Source: Psilocybe cubensis (lineage: Eukaryota). From it: a DNA stretch of 64,000 nt. Of the stretch, positions 51,936 to 64,000 are shown in pieces. A model generated the notes under the pieces. That model was not told where the DNA came from, searched no databases, and saw only the letters and a list, made by a program, of their open reading frames with translations. The stretch covers positions 1,302,001 through 1,366,000 of the forward strand of contig CM038998.1 of the NCBI GenBank assembly GCA_017499595.2, read 5' to 3'. A program made the position numbers and the translations under genes. Positions within the stretch are counted from its first letter, which is position 1, and the number at the start of each line of letters is the position of its first letter.

Positions 51936-54900
51936 ATGGATGCAGCAGCTGCATCGGACGTACTTACAGTGACCGAGTCTATCGACCGTCACCCATTGGT
52001 ATCCCTCGTCTCTGCATGTTTCTGGGTAATCTGTAAGTTTCGGGACTAGCCTACGCTGAACCATGCTGAAAGTCTCTATAGTGTGGTTGCTATCATGGAC
52101 GAAATCCTTGGTCGCATTTGTGACCATATCCGTCCCTCGATTCGTGTATGCAGTGCTATCCTACTCAATGACACTCACGGTATACATGTTCTCCTTACAG
52201 CAGGAATGTTCTAACCATTATATTCTTTAGCTCGGTTTCTGGAATTTCGCGATACTCTTTATATGTTCCGCCATCGCGTTAAACTACTGGATCCGATTCA
52301 AATACCTGAACGACTACATGCAGCTTAAAGAACCACCACTCGTCAAACCTGACGTGAATGAACTTCACCCTGATGTCAATACGGGTAGGGCGATCACCTT
52401 TTGAACTGAAACCTTCATTAATGAAAATTAGGAATAGACCCTCCTCCCACTTTCCATAACTATCTAGATGAATTCTTGCAGGCCGTTAGGGTTTTCGGAT
52501 TTGTGAGCATTATATATTCATGTTTGTGAGCCAGTAACTAAGAACCATTACCTCCAGCTCGAAAAACCGGTACGTGTGTCATCGTTTCGGATATCATCTA
52601 TTCGCTTAGTGAGGTTTCCAGGTTTTCCATGAACTCGCCCGCCATCTACAAACAAGGAGACTCATAGCAGGAGATAGTCTGTCTCTCGACCAAGACAAGA
52701 GTTTCTATTGCGTTGTCGAAGGCACTGTTCAAGTGTTTGCACAAACCGGTCATGCACCTGAAGTTCAACATAGCTCATGGGATGACGAAGATATGAATGG
52801 TTATCAACTGCTCAACGAAGTTGGAAGTGGTGGAACACTCTCGAGTCTGTTCACGATTCTCAGCTTATTTACAGAAGATGTCCAAATGAGCTGGCAGGAT
52901 GAATATCCGGACGTTTCTCTGGACGATATGGCTTCATTCGATGAAACGAATACCACTACGCTTCCGCGACGTAGAGCTCGACGGTCTAATTCCGACGTTT
53001 CTCAATATGAACTTGGAGGCAGAGGAACACCGCAGAAGCAACCAATCCGCCGCTCCTCCGTCTCTTCTACGGCCTCGACTGTGAATGCACGGGAATTTCG
53101 ATCACCCTTGCGGGTTCCAACTGAATACTCGACTCAAGACGACAATCATAGTACATCAGGACCGCCAACTCCTCCATCGCATCCTTCCAAGCCTCCCCGT
53201 CCGAGCCAGATCCATAGAGGAGTTGTCGCTCGTGCAACAGTTGACACCACTTTAGCTGTTATTCCCGCCGAAGCCTTCCGTCGATTAACCAAGAAGTTTC
53301 CCAAGGCTACAGGACATATAGTACAAGGTACCGTACTAATGTGGCCTACAGGTTTTCGGCACTATACTAATGCTTCCTTTAGTCATCCTGACCAGATTCT
53401 CTCGCGTAACATTCAATGCAGCCCATAAATATCTGGGCTTGACTAGCGAGGTCCTCCGTACAGAAAAGGCTATCAACGATATTGCGTGTCATCCTCTTCC
53501 TCCGTCTTTTTATGAAGGAGGAGGGCTGCAGTATCTACGACATCGATTTGATGGAACTGGTTCGAGTGCTTCTGAATCGGAGAGTGACTATTTCAGCTTT
53601 TCCCAATCTCATCCGCCACCTCTAAATTCCTTGTCATCGTCCTCCGACCTCTCTAAGTCGCGAGATTCATCGACTGTGTCCTTAGGAAAGATAAATGATA
53701 ATCCAATCCCCATCAAACCGTCTTTCTATAAGCAACAAGGCAAGGCAGCCACAATAAAATCACCGCGCCAGATGGTTCAAGCTGGAGATTTATTTGTCGC
53801 CAAAGGAAACGGGAATGACGTTTTCCGCCCCCTCAGTCGTTCATTCAGTCTTCTCAACACTCCTCGGTTGGGACAAAACTCCTTGGATAACTCTGACAAC
53901 ACTAAGAAATCCGTCTCTCAAAGAAGTTCCCGCTGGTCTGCCGATGATTTCGATCTAAGAGAAGAAGTCATGTCGTGTATAGCGAAGTCTATTGGGCTCC
54001 TGCAACCTCCCATGAGTGGTAATGAGTCTACAGAGGAATTGCCCGCCTCTCCTCCATCGGAATATCGTAGTACTACAACTAAGGTTCCCAGTACTTTCAA
54101 CTCACCATTTGGTTCCCTTTCGCTACTCGACCTTGGAGATGACGCTTCTTCCATGACTGGTGGTTCGATTACATCAATGAGCAACAATCTCAGAGGGCTG
54201 GATAACGAAGTGGAGATTCTCTTTTACGCTGCGGGTACGACATTGGCCAAAGCAGGAGAGTTAAACATTGGTGAGATATGTCACCGACTTTGGATTGAAA
54301 TTGCCACTGACTATACCTAGGGCTCTTTTACGTTATTGAGGGATTCTTGGATATTCTCCTTCCGGTTGATGATACTAAGAAAAACCAGGCACCATCGTTT
54401 CCAAAGACGCCTCGACCTGAGGAGCATGACGAGTATTGGAGGTCGCCCAGTGGCCCAACAGCCCAAAATTCTCAGCAGAAATTACTCTTTACTGTCAAAC
54501 CCGGTGGAATTGCTGGATATCTCGGTCAGTTTACATGTCTTCTTTGCACCAATTATGTCTAAACCATTCTTAGCCTCACTTTGTAATACTGCATCCTACG
54601 TCGATATCAAGGCTAAAACGGACACTTACGTGGGATTTTTGCCATTGCCTGCTCTTGAAAGGATCTTGGAGAAGAGACCCATTGTTCTTCTTACTCTCGC
54701 CAAACGTCTCATCTCGTTGCTCTCTCCCCTCAGTACGATGATTTTCTTAACTGTTTCTTTTTCGATGTCTGACTTTATGATTAGTTTTACATATAGATGC
54801 GTCTTTAGACTGGATGCAAGTCAATGCTGGTCAAGTTCTCTGGCGTCCCCAAGACGTCAGTGATAGCTTCTACATCGTTATCAATGGTCGTCTTCGTGCA

Positions 54901-57653
54901 ATCACAGAGACAGAAAACGGCGAGGTGACAATTTTAGGTGAATATGGTCAAGGAGATACCGTTGGCGAACTGGACGTTATCACAAGTTCGCCCCGAAGAA
55001 GCACTGTTCATGCCATTCGAGACACTGAGTTGATTAGAATGCCTCAAACTCTGTTCAATGCTATTTCTGCCAGGTATGCTTATTGAGTTCATGGTATACT
55101 CTTTACCATTACTTATGTATGATCATAGGAATCCCCAAACTACAGCTCAGTAAGTTTATGTCTCTGAGCGTACAGAATGGAACCTTGATTGGGTTATCAG
55201 GTTACTGCGTATGATCGCTTCTCGAGTAAGAGATGAAGTAGATAGTTCATCGACAGGCCAACAAAGAAAAGCGGGCAAAGGAGGCGCAGAGCTTGGTTAT
55301 AACAACACCAATTTAAAGACTGTCGCTGTACTTCCCGTCTCTCGCAACGTTCCTGTGGAAGCTTTTGCGAAAAAGTTGCAGCAAGCCTTAGAAGGCATAG
55401 GCGCGTCTACTGCATATCTTAATCAAGCGACAATCGCGAACCAGCTGGGAAGGCATGCATTTACCAGAATGGGAAAGCTCAAGGTACCAAAGTTCTCTTT
55501 AGTTTCATCAAATCTAACGGATGTCTCTTAGTCGGCTGGCTGGCTGGCCAATCAAGAACAAAGATTTCACACCGTTTTATATGTTGCCGATTCACCCGTG
55601 AACAGCTCTTGGACGCAAACATGTATTCGTCAAGTGGGTCTATCATGGTTTTTTTATTGTTGTTTTATTTTTTATTGTAACTTGTTATCAGGCTGACTGT
55701 GTTATGGTTGTCGGAATGGGAGATGATCCCTCGATTGGAGAATACGAACGCCTCTTGCTATCTATGAAGACCACAGCGCGTAAGGAGCTTGTACTCCTTC
55801 ATCCAGATAGATCAGTTACGCCCGGCACTACCCGCGAATGGCTGAAGGTATGAAGATATGAATGATGTTGGTGGCATTCTTTCTCAATGTGTGTAGAATC
55901 GACCTTGGGTACATCAACACATTCACATGGAACTTCCAGTGCGTAATAATTTTTTTGTTGAGCCACTTATATTTACTTCCAAATTATCAGGGCCTCGTTT
56001 TGCCAATCCCGAAATCTGCAGTCCCAAAAGATCCAGATGCGGTCACAGCGCTGAAAAACCTCAAAGACAAAGTTCAAAGCGAAATTCAAAAGTACCGTCG
56101 CGGAACGGCTGATGTTAGACCACAACGCCTCCCTCACACAAACGACTTCTCCCGCTTAGCTAGACGTATATGTGGCCGATCGATTGGGCTTGTGCTCGGT
56201 GGAGGAGGCGCCCGAGGAATTGCGCACCTTGTCTGTCGTCCTCTTTTCATTGTTAAAGCCAGTAACTGACTTCTTTCATAATTTCTCTAGGGTGTTATCC
56301 GGGCACTTGAAGAGTATGGCATTCCCATTGACCATATCGCTGGTAAGTTTGGTGTAGATTTGAGATGTCAATTTAGTAATATATGTTTCGTCTATTTTTC
56401 TAGGAACAAGTATCGGCGCCTTCATTGGCGGCTTGTATGCTCGCGAAGGTGATCTTATTTCTAGCACTGGTCGTGCCAAACAATTCAGTGGAAGGATGGG
56501 CAACATCTGGAGAATTCTTTCTGATGTAACGTACCCGATCGTGGCATATACTACTGTGGGTCTTTGTTTTCTCCTCATCCTGGTTCGTCTGATTATCGCA
56601 TGATAGGGTCATGAATTCAACAGAGCCTTATACAAGGTGTGTACCGCCATGCCGTGTTATGTCTCCACTTTCTGACATGCATCAAGGCGTTCTACGATCT
56701 CCATATTGAGGATATGTGGCTTCCTTACTTCTGTAATACAACCAACATCATTACTTCTCGAATGGAAATTCATGAGACTGGATATGCCTGGAGGTTCATC
56801 CGTAAGTTCGTTTCTACTGCCTGAACACCAAGGTATTTATATCGTGCCTCAGGTGCTTCAATGACCCTGGTTGGTCTTCTTCCTCCCCTTTGCGACAATG
56901 GAAATTTATTGGTTGATGGAGGATATAGTGAGTCAAAAGTTCTTGAACGACAAATGTAGTTACTGATGATCTTCAAAGTTGACAATTTACCAGTATGCGC
57001 TACGCTTTCCTGCTTTGGATTGAATCTCATTCCCAATACAGGTGGCAGCTATGACCTCAATGGGCGCGAGCTTCATTTTTGCGTCAGACGTCGGCTCTGT
57101 GAGTAGTATCCCTTGAATAGTGAATCGAATCATCTTCTTACATTGTCCTTGCGCGCCAGATCGATGACAATTCACCGAGAAACTTTGGAGATACTGTTTC
57201 AGGATGGTGGCTTCTCATCAATAGGTGGAATCCTTTTTCCAACGCTCGTCATGTCCCTGCTATTACGGAAATTCAGAGTCGACTCGCATAGTAAGAAACT
57301 TTTCCATGAATTATGTTGCTAATACTAACACCTGTTTTGTTGCCAGTGTGTCCAGTGTTAACACTCTAGAACAAGCTAAAATAGCCAAGAACTGCCTCTA
57401 TTTTGGTATGCCCGTTCAAGAGGTAAGAAGTTGCAAGCTTTGCGAATTCTTTCTTTCTAATATACTTCTTTAGTACGGTACTATGCAATTCGGTAAATTC
57501 GAAGAACTATTGAAGAAGGGTTATCATGCTGCCATCGACATTCTGGATAAGATGGAGGAGGAAGGACGCTTACCTGCCGCTGTCATCGATTGCAAAGATG
57601 GTCATATCCCAGGAAAGAAGAAAGGAAGGAGTGCTCGCCGAAACTCCATTTAA
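51936..57653 (+). CDS. NTE1: Lysophospholipase NTE1 (cNMP-binding domains plus patatin domain)
   Basis: [107 protein letters not shown]; ends RRNSI*. Confidence 0.95.
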
Positions 57654-58509
57654 AGATCATCGGCCCTTGGTTTTTATCAATCTCAATATTTTCACTTGTA
57701 TTCAACTGCAATTTGTTCTTGCTATCATGAACCTTTTTCACAGACACATATAGGCTACTATATCTAGGATTCCACTTCTTTCTCATTGATACTTATAATA
57801 GGATCAAATAGTCACGCACATGTATCATAGGGAAAGGGCCATTCATTGTATATTTACACACTTTTTTCGATTTAGGTTTTAAACGCATTTGTTTTCTGTG
57901 AAGCTTTGGGAGGACGTACACCAGAATTTATTTGGAAGTTATGCCACGACTTGGAAGTCGAAGTACTAACAATGTATGGTACGCTTACAGACCCGTGATC
58001 TGGCGACCGACGCGTTGACGATGTTAGGGGCTATGCGCTTCCTTTTATAGAACATTAGCTCCTATACATAAACCAGCCAGTGTACACCTATCACAGTTTA
58101 TCACCATTCATCCGAACCTCAATCGTGGCTCAGACATGGTAGATGGAATATGGAATATATTGAAGGAATGTATATATATTTACTTACATGAAAGGGCAAA
58201 AAGACAGTACAATAGGGACAAGGTTAGGCATCATTTAACTTTTTATATACACACACCCTTAAATTTAGGCGAGGTGGTATCCAAAGGATAGAAAAGCGTC
58301 AATCATTAATGCAATGCTGACCAGGTCCCACATTTTGAGCGCCTACCTGACTACTAGTGTCCGTCAAGGTCCAAGGGTAGGTAAACATACAGTTCGGCAG
58401 AACACGCAATTGCCATTCATATGCTCCTGAAACCTGTTTGGCGGTTTTTTTACATCTCTGACTTGTTTACTTTACCGGAGGACCGAGAAAGCAGGCGGCG
58501 GGACAAGGA

Positions 58510-58745
58510 GACCTCTGGCCTAGACCAAAATGGAAAATCGCTCCCGGAATTTGTCAATTTGGCGGAGTCCGACGGAGGTGGTGAAGGCTTTTCAGGTTAT
58601 GAAGGGAGGGGTGAGCGGAGCTATTTCCCCGGAATCACAGGCGCTAGATTCACTTGACATTTATGGACATTGACAAGCTTTGATGGTGCCGGCGTTTTCC
58701 TTCGCGACATAAGCGCCGGGGATGTTATGATCTTCAAAATGTGAG
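58510..58745 (+). pseudogene. Short relic of a FunK1-type kinase
   Basis: LDQNGKSLPEFVNLAE..EVVKAF followed by GH*QA/FDGAGVFLRDISAGDVMI (cf. AHILHRDISAGNIMI), with a stop and frameshifts. Confidence 0.5.
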
Positions 58746-60386
58746 GTTCATGATTACAACAAAAAATGAACGTTGATTTTCTTCTAATGTTCAACTCTTG
58801 AATATTCACGACATTTATAAACTTTTTTCAAGCAGGTTCAAACACCAGAAAGGACACTGGTGGAACGATACAACTGGAAGGACAGCCAGTGTCATCCTGA
58901 TTGGTGATGAAGCAGGTCTCAGGTGCGGGAAGCATTGCTACATTTAGTGCAGGTACTGAGCTACATTGCACTGTGAAAACCACGATGTCATCTGTTCAGA
59001 AATAACCTTGTAGCTTTCAGCCAGGCTACTAACAACGATAGAGTTGATTCACCGGTAATTGCTGGAGACCCGTCGTGATTCTGGTTGTGAATTGACGGAG
59101 AAGGTTGGATATACCCTTAGTCAAAGTTCTTCTGATTGTCCGAGGAGCAGTTGGTTTCTATGTGCAGTGTGGATCATCGCTGACAGCGAAAGCGGCAGTT
59201 CAAGGATTCCGGTCTAGATCGACGTTCAGGATCCGACCAGTGTGATGTTTTTGAGCATATGGACGACATCGAAGGCATCGCTAGAAACGAAATTCTTTTA
59301 CTAAGCGAAGCCCTAGTTGTTCTCTAGTCTGAAAGCAAAGTAAATAGCATGACAGTAGAAACAAGGAAAGCAGGCCTACCAAAAGTCGGCGTTAAACGAG
59401 CATTGCAAGGAGACTGTATGATCAGAGGCAGTGAAACTGAATAGAATAGTCGGAAAGTAGTTGACTTTAAACATAGGGAATCGGTCGCATTAGCCTCCGC
59501 GGACGAATATCACTATCCCGACCTTCCGTGTAGATCATGTATACATTCCAGTTCTGTGATCCTCTGAATGATACGTTGTAAATAACCTTTGACATCGGTT
59601 TTCATCTTGTTACCTTCTCCGTTGAATTGCTCCGTTTTGTGTAGTGTATCCATGGTTCTTGGCTTATTTTCTAATTTTACTGTGTCAATGTGAATACCAT
59701 TTTGTGAAGGTCTTCTCGTGCTCGTGTAGGCTGTCGCGGGTAGACCGTAGTGAATTCCTGACTGGCTTCCGGATGGGTCACGCCCGCCTCATCTTAGGCC
59801 CCTTTCCCCACAATCTGCAACTAAGCGGCACACTTTGAAATTGATTGTGCAATTCAATTTATGTTAAAGCGGAAAGTGCGCTGTGAACGTACGGGAGTGG
59901 GCCGACAGAAGAGAAGTTTGGAGATATATGCGCTTAGGAGGCGCTGCGAAGAGGGGGTTTGATAGAGTAGTAGATTGATATCGGTCTGTTGGACGTCGGC
60001 AGTGGTAAATACTGCTCTGTACCACCAGCGTGTCGTAAACTTGGCGGCCGCACGGTGGGCGGGTACAGTTTGCGGGAATGCCGGTAATTACAGAGGGACC
60101 AAGATTATCGGTGATTCTGGAACCGGGGTCAGGTAGGTGGGTTGGGTGGAACTGGAATGGTAATCGTATGATAGGGTACATACTAATCGAAATAAGTATC
60201 TCCAAAATGCTCGCAGACTTACTTCGGGGAGCACCACCAACTACATATTCTTTCTTTCTCAACATAACCGCGTAGTCGACTTTCCAGGAATCAAAGCCGC
60301 AGCCATCACTCAGCGTTTGCTAATAGGCTTTGCCGAAAGACTTCCCCAGTACCTTGTGCGCTTGTTCTTGGGGATTTACGATCGAA

Positions 60387-62257
60387 ATGGCTTTGAATAC
60401 ACCTTCATTACCGTCGGCCAAAGTTATTCATGTCGACACTCGAGGGGCAATTATCTTGTCCGAAGAATCTCCCGAGGTGCGTTGGTCGTTTCTCGACGGT
60501 CTACTGACCCTGACATGATTGCAGACAAGAGACAGCCGCGGCATATACCTACCCAACCACATTGAACCAGTGTCTCATATAGCAGTCGATGTAAGAGCGT
60601 ATCTGCGCATGCATAATAGCTTCGCTCATATTCGCTACTTCTAGGTAGGAGGATCGTTGGCAAAGGTTGTCTATTTTACCCGGTCCCCTGACCCCCCATC
60701 CTCGCCGTCGATAGTAGCCACTCGCGGAACTAGCACAGCGAGCGACATATCCAGCCCACGATCACTTTCACCAACTAACGATGCGGTATCGTGTTCCTCA
60801 ACGCCGTCGAGCAGCAAGATGACAGGGGCACTGACGCCCCTGGTACTAGAGCAGCCCTCGTCGCCCATTGGGAACGGCCTGAACGGATTGACAGACGGAC
60901 TGGTGCGCGATACATACCTGAAGCGCAGTGTGCAGCACTTTCCGGGCGGGTCGCTCAACTTTGAGCGGTTCGAGACGGACAACATCCAGGCGTGTGTCGA
61001 GTTCATTCAGGAGCTGATCCAGCGGTCCGCGCAGGTGAACGGGGTGACGATCGAGGAGATGCGCAAGGGCGTGAAGATCATGGCGACAGGCGGGGGTGCA
61101 CACAAGTTCTACGAGCTCTTCCGGGATACGCTGGGCGTGGAGGTGCGACGGGAGGACGAGATGGAGTGTTTGATTGAAGGCCTGAAATTTATTACCCTTA
61201 TCCCGGATGAGGTCTACTACTTTTCCGATGAACTGATACAGTCCGTCTCCCACCCAACAAGCTCGAATTCGAATTCGTCCGTGGCTGCTTCTTATGATCC
61301 TTCTCTCCCACCCAATGGTCGTTATTCCTCGACCGTGACTTCGAGTGCTTCTGGGTCTTCCGTTAATCCTCCGCCCCTGGAACGACCTAGTCCCGACCCA
61401 CCTAAATACGGAGTGACGTTTGAGAGCAACCCAACGCCTCAGCTGCCATGCCTGCTCGTGAACATTGGATCAGGAGTGTCACTCATTAAAGTTGACGAAG
61501 ACGGGGCATTCGAGCGTGTCTCTGGCACGAGTCTCGGAGGAGGCACGTTGTGGGGTCTATTGAGTCTTCTTACACCAGCCACGACGTTCGACGGTAAGCA
61601 TCTTCTCATGTGGGGAAGCCGGTGGCAGATAAGGCATGGCAGACTCAAATCTTGTGAAATTTAGAAATGCTGGCCTTTTCAGAAGGTGGCGATAATTCGA
61701 CGGTGGACATGCTTGTTGGGGATATCTACGGACAAGATTACAGCAAACTCGGACTCAAATCGACGATGATCGCCAGTACATTTGGGAAAGTGTTCAAAAA
61801 AGGAGGAGAGAAGGGCAAATTCTCTCCGCAAGACATCAGCAAAAGCCTACTCTACGCTGTGTCGAACAACATTGGACAGATTGCGTGAGTGCAAAAAAGA
61901 GGAGGACAAGAAAGAACGGGATATTGATTGCGGATTGAACTTGAACAGATACATGAATGCAGAAAAGTACAATCTGGACAGAATCTATTTTGGCGGATGC
62001 TTTATTCGAGGTGAGAGAGCAACGGAACTGGAGTCGCTGGCACTGGTTCTAAACTGTATGGGGCAGGACACGCGGCGACAATTGCGACGCTATCGTATGC
62101 AATACGATTCTGGAGTAAAGGAACGAAACGGGCACTATTCCTACGGCACGAGGGATTCTTGTAAGTGATACATTTATAAGGAAGAGGACAAGTGCTGACA
62201 CGGACAAGGGGATCGATTGGGGCATGGATTCGAAACATTGACTATGAAGACAGTTAG
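60387..62257 (+). CDS. CAB1: Type II pantothenate kinase (fumble family)
   Basis: HIAVD|VGGSLAKVVYF, MATGGGAHKF, EDEMECLIEGLKF, LLVNIGSGVS, RVSGTSLGGGTLWGL, VDMLVGDIYG, SNNIGQIA, FGGCFIRGH, FLRHEGFL|GSIGAW; stop TAG 62255-62257. Confidence 0.95.
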
Positions 62258-62444
62258 TAGAATATGTAATGACATACCCAAAAAAGATAGCAGTGTAATT
62301 TATGAGCAGGAACAGTATACTATGCAGACGTGGGAAGATTGCTAAATTGAAATGTCAACCGATCAGTCATATGCATCATAATACCATAATCATTCAAAAA
62401 TCCTTTCATAGCTTCCGTCCATTCCTTTCCTCCTCACCCACAAA

Positions 62445-64000
62445 ATGTCTCCTCCCTTTGACCACTGGGCTGACTCCAGTCCCGCCCCCGCCGCCCCCGC
62501 TGTCCAACCCAATGCCAACCAGCAGAGCAAGAAGCCCAGGCATCGCCATTCTCCCTCCCAGCTCGCCGCCCTCAAACATCTTTTCGACCAGAACGAGCAC
62601 CCGCCCTTGGAGCAGAGATCAGCTCTTGCTGACCGTCTGGGGATGTACGTCGTCCCTCTTTCTAGCTATCCTCTTTGTCTCATCGCTCTCCAGGGAGACA
62701 AAGACTGTCAATGCCTGGTTTCAAAATAAACGGGCCTCTTCAAAGAAGCGGGTCCGTGGGGGTGCTGCTCCCCAGTATGACCCCCAGCCCATAACTACCG
62801 CTGTCCCATGTCCACCCCCGCCCCCATCCATGCAGAAACACGATATGTCTCGCCACAGCGAGATCGTCTATCCAGACGACGAATGTCTATCGGTGCACTC
62901 ACGCTCGGTGTCTGTAGTGAAATCAGAATCGTTTTATGCAGGCCATCCGGATCAGGCCCACTTTTACACAGAGTCAGAAAATATGCCCCGCCGCATGCGC
63001 ATACGACCGTCTCCGGAGCAGACAGAGGAGCTCCGAAAACTATACAACATCAACCCACATCCCAGCACCGAGCAAAGGACGACTCTGGCGCAAAATATTG
63101 GCATGTAAGTAATCTAATCTATTTTTGTGCACCTGTATCCTTCGGGGGAATCCGTTTTTCCTATTTTGGAGCCCAGACGATTTTGAGTCTAATTAGATCC
63201 TCCCTCATTTACAGGCGTTACGAAAGTGTCACCAATTGGTTCCAAAACCAGCGGAGTTTGGCAAAAAAGAGGAAAGAAGACGAGCCAGACTCGTATTCCG
63301 TCCCAAAGCCCGAGTATCCCCACGAGTCACGGCACTATTCGGCATTCCCTCCGCCTCCCTTCACCTCATCCAGCATCCTCCACGACAACTCCCCACCAAG
63401 GTCTCTGCGCAGGAGCCCATCTCCATATGGACCCCGTACTACCACTTTCGCACGCCCACGCCGTTCGCGTCCTGAACCGTATCAGCTTGACGCCTTGAAG
63501 GTTCTCTTTACAAAGACAGCCACACCCACCATCGAAGAACGCTCTGCCTTAGCACTAGAGATCGGAATGTACGTGATCATTCCTTTATCACCGACCTTGT
63601 AAAAAAAGTTTCAGCCAACTGATATATCACTATTTTCACAGGGATGTCGGAAAAGTCACCAACTGGTTCCGCAATCTGCGGCAGACGGCACGCAAACGCG
63701 CGAAAAAGTCTGGCAGTGGGGACGACGACGACGACGATAGTTACCTTGGAGGCGATATGTATTCCGCTTCAGCATCGCGCTTTGGCACTCCTTCTTTTGG
63801 CTCGTCGTCCTCATCTTCTGTCAACGACTACTCAGTAGACATGGACGACTTTTATATGCATAATGCACATTCTGATGGAAGTGAAGAGGATGACTACCAG
63901 GAGGCCGTTACCCCTTCACCTGAACACTCGCCATCTCCGCCGCGATCTTCCATAAACCCTCAAGAGAAGGAATACAAATCGCTGGATACATTGTCAATGC
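62445..64000 (+). CDS. Transcription factor with at least three homeodomains (3' end beyond window)
   Basis: HD1 KKPRHRHSPSQLAAL..VNAWFQNKR; HD2 RRMRIRPSPEQTEEL..VTNWFQNQR; HD3 RRSRPEPYQLDAL..VTNWFRNLR. Introns 62645-62693, 63105-63214, 63569-63641. Confidence 0.92.

Noticed and set aside
49013..62257. CoA/lipid metabolic cluster (MCL, NTE1, PanK)
   Set aside because: Ubiquitous housekeeping genes from different pathways, with no shared regulatory evidence visible.
62445..64000. Mating-type (HD1/HD2) locus
   Set aside because: One gene with three homeodomains, no divergent HD1/HD2 pair, and the upstream neighbour is pantothenate kinase rather than mip.

Overview
Eukaryotic, intron-rich, gene-dense fungal DNA. 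Short ~50-60 nt GT/GC-AG introns, micro-exons, FunK1 kinases and a PriA/CPL1-like protein point to a mushroom-forming basidiomycete (Agaricomycetes; inference). The ORF track is fragmented by splicing, so gene models were joined by eye. About 17 apparently intact genes, in order: EXO5, PriA/CPL1-like secreted protein, FunK1 kinase, SYO1/HEATR3, PY/PSAP-motif membrane protein, SIN3, unknown membrane protein, SUR7/PalI, signal-peptide agmatinase-family ureohydrolase, second PalI-like, SAM methyltransferase, C1D/Rrp47, F-box/LRR, YABBY/HMG-like, VPS33, methylisocitrate lyase, NTE1, pantothenate kinase and a triple-homeodomain factor running off the right end. There are also two decayed FunK1 copies and a distant FunK1 relic. 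No rRNA, tRNA or CRISPR was seen. I found no clear-cut new multi-gene system. The best leads are a ~227 bp mini-Helitron with stacked 3' ends, a candidate Rsp5/ESCRT-I adaptor, a CaaX-ended F-box protein, a PalI-ureohydrolase-PalI arrangement, a GG-AG intron in VPS33 and three homeodomains with identically placed introns. All family assignments come from motif recognition; no search was run.
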